Source: an uncultured Pseudobdellovibrionaceae bacterium
GTDB taxonomy: Bacteria; Bdellovibrionota; Bdellovibrionia; Bdellovibrionales; UBA1609
Direction of reading: 5' to 3'
NCBI GenBank assembly: GCA_963803705.1
Contig: CAWDNU010000001.1
Span: 160,001 to 224,000, forward strand
Length of the DNA stretch: 64,000 nucleotides
Each line of letters starts with the position of its first letter. Positions within the stretch are counted from its first letter, which is position 1. A program made the translations under genes and the position numbers. The notes under the pieces are model-generated. The model was not told the origin of the DNA. It saw only the letters and a program-made list of their open reading frames with translations, and did not search any database. Shown here one piece after another: positions 54,301 to 64,000 of the stretch.

Positions 54301-55817
54301 TGGAAATTCGTGCAGACGAAATCAGTCGAATCCTTAAAGAAGAAATTAAAAATTACGGTAAAACTGTAGAAATAAGTGAATCTGGAACAGTGCTGTCTGT
54401 AGGTGATGGTGTGGCTAGAGTTTACGGGCTAGAAAATGCTATGGCTGGCGAACTTGTTGAGTTTTCAAGCGGCGTTACTGGAATGGTTTTGAACTTGGAA
54501 AGCGACTCTGTTGGTGTGGTGATTTTGGGGGAAGACCAGGAAATACGTGAAGGTGACGTTGTAAAAAGGACCAAAAGAATTGTGCAAGTGCCAGTAGGCG
54601 AGGGTCTTTTGGGACGTGTCGTAGATGTTCTCGGGAACCCTATTGATGGAAAAGGACCAATTGAATCTAAAGAGTTTAGGGTGGTTGAAACCAAAGCTCC
54701 GGGTATAATCACAAGACAGCCTGTACATGAGCCATTACAGACCGGTATAAAAGCCATAGATTCAATGATACCAATTGGTAGAGGTCAGCGCGAGCTGATA
54801 ATTGGTGACAGACAAACTGGTAAAACTGCTATCGCAATTGATACAATTATTAACCAAGGCAACCAAGACGTAAAATGTTTTTATGTAGCTATAGGACAGA
54901 AGAAATCGACTGTCGCACAAGTTGTTGAAAAGTTAAGGGAAGCCGGGGCTTTAAAGTATACAACTGTTATAGTCGCGTCTGCCTCCGATCCAGCTCCTTT
55001 ACAGTTTTTAGCGCCTTATTCTGGTTGCGCTATGGCTGAATATTTCAGAGACAATGGTCAACATGCCTTGATCGTTTATGACGATTTAACAAAGCAAGCT
55101 CAGGCCTATAGACAGCTTTCACTATTGTTAAGACGGCCTCCTGGTCGAGAAGCCTTTCCTGGCGATGTATTTTATATTCATTCAAGACTTTTAGAACGGG
55201 CTGCAAAAATGAGCGAGGCCGCAGGAGGTGGCTCACTCACTGCGCTTCCAATTATTGAGACTCAAGCAGGTGATATATCCGCTTACGTTCCGACAAATGT
55301 GATTTCAATCACAGACGGTCAAATCTTCTTAGAGTCAGATCTGTTTTTTAAAGGGATCAGGCCGGCGGTTAACGTGGGTAAATCAGTATCACGAGTTGGC
55401 GGGGCTGCTCAGATAAAAGCAATGAAGCAAGTTGCTGGAACACTTAAATTAGATTTAGCACAATTTCGTGACTTAGAGGCTTTTTCCGCATTCGCATCGG
55501 ATTTGGATGCTGCTTCTCAGCGACAGTTATCAAGAGGACGAAAACTTGTAGAAACTTTAAAGCAGCCTCAGTACACGCCATACAGAGTTGAAGACCAAAT
55601 CATGGTAATTTTCAGCGCTACTAATGGATACATGGATGCAGTAAGCGATAAAGAAATTGGGCGATACGAAAAAGAGTTTATCCAGTTTATGGGTCAAAAG
55701 TATTCTGATTTAACTGGAAAAATTGCTAGCGAAAAGAAAATCTCGGATGAGATCAAAAATAAATTGATCGAGGCAATCACAGAGTTCAACTCAATTTTCA
55801 AATCCACCCAGTCTTAA
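54300..55817 (+). CDS. atpA: ATP synthase alpha subunit
   Basis: GDRQTGKT and [15 protein letters not shown]. Confidence 0.98.
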   Translation: MEIRADEISRILKEEIKNYGKTVEISESGTVLSVGDGVARVYGLENAMAGELVEFSSGVTGMVLNLESDSVGVVILGEDQEIREGDVVKRTKRIVQVPVGEGLLGRVVDVLGNPIDGKGPIESKEFRVVETKAPGIITRQPVHEPLQTGIKAIDSMIPIGRGQRELIIGDRQTGKTAIAIDTIINQGNQDVKCFYVAIGQKKSTVAQVVEKLREAGALKYTTVIVASASDPAPLQFLAPYSGCAMAEYFRDNGQHALIVYDDLTKQAQAYRQLSLLLRRPPGREAFPGDVFYIHSRLLERAAKMSEAAGGGSLTALPIIETQAGDISAYVPTNVISITDGQIFLESDLFFKGIRPAVNVGKSVSRVGGAAQIKAMKQVAGTLKLDLAQFRDLEAFSAFASDLDAASQRQLSRGRKLVETLKQPQYTPYRVEDQIMVIFSATNGYMDAVSDKEIGRYEKEFIQFMGQKYSDLTGKIASEKKISDEIKNKLIEAITEFNSIFKSTQS

Positions 55818-55837
55818 ACCTTAGCAAGTAGGTAAAG

Positions 55838-58142
<2,305 letters not shown>

Positions 58143-58173
58143 ATTTTATCACTACTCAAAAAGGTTTAAGTAT

Positions 58174-58569
58174 ATGAGTTTAAAATTATCAATAGTAACT
58201 CCACTGAAAAAGTTAGTTACAGATTTGAATGTAAAGTCGGTGACTTTGCCTTCTTTCCGAGGGGAACTTACAATTTTAGATGCTCATGAACCATTGGTTT
58301 CGACCTTAGAGACAGGAGTAATAACCTCTGTGACGTAAAACTTCCAAAAAGAATAGTTTAGTTATTAGTTGGGGTTATTTTGAGATTAATAAGGGTGTGA
58401 TTTCAGTGCTTGCTGAGACAGCTGAAACTTCAAAGATCTAAACTTCAAAAGAGCTGAAGCTTCTCTTGCGAAATCGAACGAAGTGTTGAAATCTACTGAA
58501 GACTTAGAAATAATTCAAAAATATCAAGGTAAGGTTAAAAAAGCAGAGGCCCGACTTAAGTTAAAGTAA
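58174..58569 (+). CDS. atpC: ATP synthase epsilon subunit, frameshifted
   Basis: Hand translation MSLKLSIVTP..GELTILDAHEPLVSTL, then GYFEI..SVLAETAE in another frame, ending AEARLKLK*. Confidence 0.9.
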
Positions 58570-58655
58570 GTTTTAAAAAGTGGATCCTTTTGTTCGGCTA
58601 GTCTTTAATTTTTTTTACTTCATTGGCAAACCATTTCCAAAATTTATTGCTGGAA

Positions 58656-60235
58656 CTATAGAGATTTAAAGTTTTTGTGAAAGCTTTCTGTTATAGCTGG
58701 GTCTGATGTATTAATAACCACTAAATTTTTCAATAGATTTTTTGGAATCTCGCTAAGTCGTTTAGCAGATCTGTCGCCGGAAACATGGAAGAAACACAGA
58801 CTCTTTTTACAGTAGTCGATAGCTTTCAGCCAATTATCTTGCCTTAGTGGTACAAACCTACCGTTCTTGAAATTGCTTCTAAAACTTTTGTAGAAATAGT
58901 AGGAGTAAGAAAAAAGATAAATGGATTTTCTTGATTTAATATTATCCGAAATTTCTTGAATTAGTGCTTTTTGGAAATACGATTGAAATGCAAAAAATTG
59001 ATTTGATTTTGTAAGCTGTAAATTTTTGCTGAGACTTCTTTTACCCCGCATATTTCAAGTTTCGTTATTTTTGAGTCTCAATTTTGTAGATACAATTTTT
59101 TTTACTTTTGATTTACAAGTCCCAAACTAAGATTATTGGATTTAACGGCGTTATAAAAATATTTTAATGAGCTTACGTTTGATTGTAATCCAGACCACAC
59201 GATCAGAACTTGATCATGACCTGCTTTTAATGCGCTTGAATAGCCTTTTCTCCCAGATTATTTTTTTATCTTTAAAGAATAACATGTCTAAATCGTCTGT
59301 AAAAACTAGGCCTTCATGTTGGTAGCTCATTACGATAACTTAGAAACAATAGGTTTGGAAAAAGTAGTGAGCGTACCTTCAGGATCAAGTGCAGGGACTG
59401 ACAGAGATGTGAGACGTCATTACACCTGTGTGCGGATGTTGTGAATAATGTTTTTAAATGGAAGGAGATCTGTACTTATTTAGCTCTTCAAGGTAGATAT
59501 TTTTCTTACATTTCAAAGTGACTATCTTCTTGTGATACGACCATGACCAGGAAAATGTTTTAAGAACGGAGAGAACTCCTGCTGATCTTACCCCAGCATA
59601 TAAAGGAGAAACTATCTTTACTACCTCGAGAGGTGATGAGCTAAATGATCGTTCGCCAATGAAATTTAAAGACGTTTCTGATCTTAAGTCCACAACTGGT
59701 GCAAGATTGATATCAAATCCAATATTTTTTAAGATATCGACCAGTCCATTTACCTAGTTCATAAGCATATCGTTGGATCTCTGAGTTTGACCTAGGCTAA
59801 GGGCACTTGGAAAGAATTGAGACGGACCAACTCGAACCACTTCTCCTCCTTCATGATCTACAATAAAAAATGGTTCTATCTGTTTATTCCTTAATAGAAA
59901 ATTCTTAATATCCTTGATAAGAATCTGCACCTTTTCAGGTGATTTCCCATTTCTAGAAAAGAATATTAGGCCACCAGGCTTATATTTTGTTAGAAATTTT
60001 TAAGGGAAGGAGTTAAAGTTTGATCTTTGAAACCAAAGACAAAAATTGTCCTATCTTTTCTTCGACAGTCATCGCTTGCAAAATCGAGTCTACTCCTACT
60101 ATTGGAGGGAGAATAGGTCACATGGAATAATAGTCAAAGGCTGGGTTCCAAATAAAAAATTGTATTAAGAACAGAGTCTTATATAATCTTCTTATGTTTA
60201 AAAATGAATTAGAAGTAGTTTATGAAAATTCATCC
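58656..60235 (-). CDS. Glycoside hydrolase family 3 (NagZ-like), heavily frameshifted; start approximate
   Basis: Fragments KPGGLIFFSRN, VDHEGGEVVR, INLAPVVD, GERSFS, and KHFPGHG across a frameshift. Confidence 0.8.
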
Positions 60236-61010
60236 ATTCTATTATCGTAATTTTATAGTTTTAATGATCTGGCCATTAGGTGTGAATTGCGCATTTGCAA
60301 ATGAAAACTGGGTTGAAGTCGAGCTAATATCCGTTAATTGTTGAGAAGCAGATAGGTGACAAAAAAAGGATTAAATTTTTAGATTATAAGGATAGAAGAA
60401 AGGTTTTGAATTTTAGATTTAATTTTTTGGCTGTTAAGTCGAGCTTCAGCGACTATCCAATTTCATCTACTAAGACTCTGGAAAGCCTAAAAGGAAATCG
60501 GATCGGAGGGTTTTGAAGGCCTTATTTTCATTGAGCTACAATTTGACGCATTTTTTCAGCAGGTCTTGATTTCGGTTTACTATTTGCAAGTTACGAAGAG
60601 AGCGTCAGTCTGATGCAGCCAAAGATTAGCTTTCACATCATAGCAGATACACTCTTTCCCAATCCCTACTTTGCTGCCTTATTCAAAATCGGAGCCAGTC
60701 AGATGGACATTTAACAATCCAAATAGCTTCTGATTTACCAGAGATAAAATCTAATTTGCTATGTATTCTCTCTGGGTGCAATGTTTTCATTAGATTGGTT
60801 GCCAAAAGAATTGGCCATGGACGCTTATTTTGGATATGGACTTGATACCACTTATTTAGTCATTGAGTACGAATCATTTACCGGAATACCATTTGAAGCC
60901 AGTGTTCTACAAATGTTAGGCAATCTTCGATCAAAGTAGGACTGCAGCTAGTTTTCTGATTATTAGATGATAAGGGATGAATTAAATATTGAAATTTATT
61001 CTTGGCTTAA
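60222..61010 (+). CDS. Probable secreted hypothetical protein, frameshifted
   Basis: ATG 60222 gives a signal-like N-terminus (..CAFA-NENW) that breaks early; fills the gap between the GH3 gene and mfd. Confidence 0.3.
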
Positions 61011-61037
61011 ATTTAAGCTAGTGATGGATACATATAG

Positions 61038-64000
61038 CTACAAGAAAGCTATTTCTTCATAGATTTTTGGCCAGTCAATTCATTAATTCGAATTATAATC
61101 GATCGCCGGGAAAAAGTTTGTACTTTTTGTTTTCTTGCTGAGTCAGTTTAAGGAGCCGATCTACAGGAAATTTCGGTGGAAGAGTCGAAAGTTAAGACTT
61201 AGATGTTTTAGGTCCACTTTTAACTTCTTTTATTCCTTTTTCTTTACAAAGTCTTTTCACCAACATCATCGTGATAAATGATCACTACTTCCAAGGCGGT
61301 TTACCGAATTGATCTGTTAAGTCTTGGTCAATTTTATCAATGTCGTCTGGCTCGTATATATTGGACAGAACTCTTGTAGTAAGCTAGTCTCAAACGAATA
61401 TCCTGAATGTAATCACTTGGTATAAGAGCAGGTAAGAGGAATATTAATTTCTGGCTCAATATCATTTTGGAAGGTCTTTACCTTGAGCTTCATGCAATGG
61501 CCTGCTGCAGAAGTTCCATGTACAGATCGTAACCTACCAAGTTGACATGTCCTGATTGAGTTTTCGCCTAAAATATTTCCTGCACCTCTAAGTTCCAAAT
61601 CATAGTGTGCAATTCGTATTCCACTTCCTAATGTGGTATTCTCTTGAAGAATTTTGAGTCTTTCTAGGGCATCTTTCTCAAGCTGTTTACCTTTTGGGAT
61701 AATCAGGTAACAGTAAGCTTTATTTTTGCTTCGACCAACACGGCCTCGGAGTTGATAGAGCTGGCTAAGTCCGAAATGTTGGGCATCATTAATGAACATG
61801 GTGTTTGCATTACCTATGTCGATTCCAGACTCTACTAATTGTTGTTGAAAGTAAAATATCAACTTCTTTATTCACAAAGGACATAATCACTTTCTCCAAG
61901 GTTCTTTCTCTTCCATTTGACCATGACCAACTGCAATTCTTAGATTCTGGGAATAATTCTTTCAGTTGATCGTGAATAGCTGTAAATACTCTGTACTCTA
62001 TTATGAATGAAGAATACCTGTCCGCCACGTTTAACTTCTGAGTTAACGGCCTTCTTTATGATTTCAGTATTAAATTTAGTAATGAAGGTTCTGATAGGTT
62101 GTCTATCGACAGGAGCTGTAGTGATCAAACTGAGATCTCTAAGACCAAGCAAGCTCATATTTAAAGTTCTAGGTATTGGAGTCGCAGAAAGTGTTAATGT
62201 GTCCACACTGTCTCTTAGTTTTCTGATCTTTTCTTTATGTCTTACTCCAAATTTCTGCTCTTCATCGCAAATTAAAAGTCCAAGGTCTTTAAACTTAATG
62301 TCCTGACTCAAGAAGCCTATGTGTTCCAACTACCAGATTTACTTTTCCCTCTTTCATTTCGTTTAAAGTTTTTTTAATTTGAGACGAGGGTACAAATCTG
62401 TTTAGGCCCTTAATATTAAAACCCCAATGATCTAATCGTCTTTTTAAATGAAGTTAAATGTTGAAATGCAAGAACAGTAGTAGGTGCTAGATACAGCTAC
62501 TTGCTTTCCAGAGGCTTAAAACATGAAAGGCAGCACTCATGGATACTTCTGTCTTGCCAAATCCTACGTCTCCACAAATCAATCTATCCATCGGTTTGTC
62601 AGAATTTAAATCTTCATGAATATTTTCAATGGCTTTGATTTGATCTTCTGTCTCTTCAAAGCGAATTCATTTTCAAAAGCAAAAAGATCTTGTTGGTTAA
62701 CAGATAGGTTTTCTATATGCCGTAGAACGTTCAGCGTAAATTTGAAGTAAGTCATTGGCAATGTCGCGAACTGATTTTTGACTTTGATCTTTGCTTTTTC
62801 GAAAGTCGAACCACCAAGCTTATCAATTAGTTGATCATGTGCAGGTCCACCATAAATTTTTATTTGATTGATTCGGTGTATAGGTAAAAAAAGTTTATCT
62901 TTTCCTTTATAGTGGATTTCAATGAATTCTGAATTCACACCTTGAACATTAATGATTTTTAATCCGCAAACTTTCCCAATACCATGTTGAACGTGAATTA
63001 TTAGATCAGATTTTTTTAGTTCACCAAATCGAATTGATTCAATTTTTATTGAAATCGTCTTTTTGTTTATCGCCATTTTTTTTTCTAACGCTTCGTCCAA
63101 AAAGGTCTTTATATTTTAGAAGCACCAAGTGTTCGATTTTAACCGAATAGTTTGAAATATCTCAGCTCTTAAAATGTAGCAGTCGTATTTTGGTTCAAAG
63201 CTCTAGGTCTTCAATGAATTTATATCTTAAAAATTTAAATCCAAGACTCTTAAAAATTTGCGAGACTCTTTGCCAATTAAAATCTTGCACCGCTGAAACT
63301 ACAAATTTATTGTCTTGCATTTTCCAATTTAAAATTTGTTTTTTTATAAAACTTTTAAATTCACTGTAGTCGGATCTTAGGGCACTACACTAGAAAAAAA
63401 TCATTCAGATTAGAGGTGGGGTAAACAATATGATTTCTGGACTTTTCATCAGATTCGTCCAAAGATCTTTTCAATATCTTCTAGTTCTTTTAGCATGACT
63501 TCATTTAGATGAACCTGCGTATTGGTTGGTAAAAAGTCATCAGTATTCATAGAAAATAAGTCAGCTGACATCTGGCCGTATAATGCGTGTCATCGTTTTG
63601 ATAGTCTTAATTGTAGGACTCTATTTGACTGTACCAATTGTTGACAGCAACTCTTTATTTCTGATCCACACGCTACTGAGTTCAGGAATAAAATCTTTAG
63701 GTAGAGAAAGAATTCGGCCAAAAGCCATGAAGTAAAAATTCTTGCCCCAAGAAATCGCGTTGGTTGCCTAATCGAGTGATTTACAAGTTCAAGATCTTCA
63801 GGAGGTACGTTCGATCTTTTGTCATTTTTTTCAAATAAGAAAAAAGTGAGGAATGATTTTCTGTTTAGATGAAAGTTTCACTAGCAGGAAGAACAGTAAA
63901 ATGTATTTAAGTCTACGCTTAAGAATTGATCTTTGATTTTCGACATCAAAAAATCTTAATGATTCAATAGTCTCACCAAACAATTCGATGCGAACTGGGT
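61038..64000 (-). CDS. mfd: Transcription-repair coupling factor, frameshifted, 5' end outside the window
   Basis: HVQHGIG (CarD-like domain), [33 protein letters not shown] and DLELRGAGN. Confidence 0.95.

Overview
AT-rich bacterial chromosome segment centred on the replication origin. Gene content and order resemble a Bdellovibrionota (Bdellovibrio-like) genome; this is inferred from synteny, not from a database search. Left of oriC, in coordinate order: tal, folK-like, dapB, dapA, ftsK, queE, a Fis-like gene, dnaB, yceI, rplI, DUF2232, rpsF, an FHA protein, a hydrolase, four orphan secreted-protein genes, sdhBAC, etfBA, three PPIases, pdxA, PMM, an S8 protease, atpE/B/I/Z, a TPR protein, gyrA, gyrB, recF and dnaN. 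oriC lies between dnaN and dnaA. Right of it: dnaA, rpmH, rnpA, yidD, yidC, jag, mnmE, mnmG, rsmG, parAB with two parS sites, bactofilin, atpF'FHAGDC, a GH3 gene and mfd. Genes in about 1-4.7 kb and 58.3-64 kb are broken by many small indels, most likely consensus errors. The most unusual signals are non-coding. (1) Three long palindromes (about 3.4, 18.1 and 50.3 kb) share a short core, CTCGG(C)ATTTT-hairpin-AAAAACG, but have unrelated arms; one arm is a mirror copy of the ftsK 3' end. (2) A repeat of about 100 bp precedes three of four unrelated secreted orphan genes at 13.6-17.7 kb, with a degenerate partial copy before the fourth.
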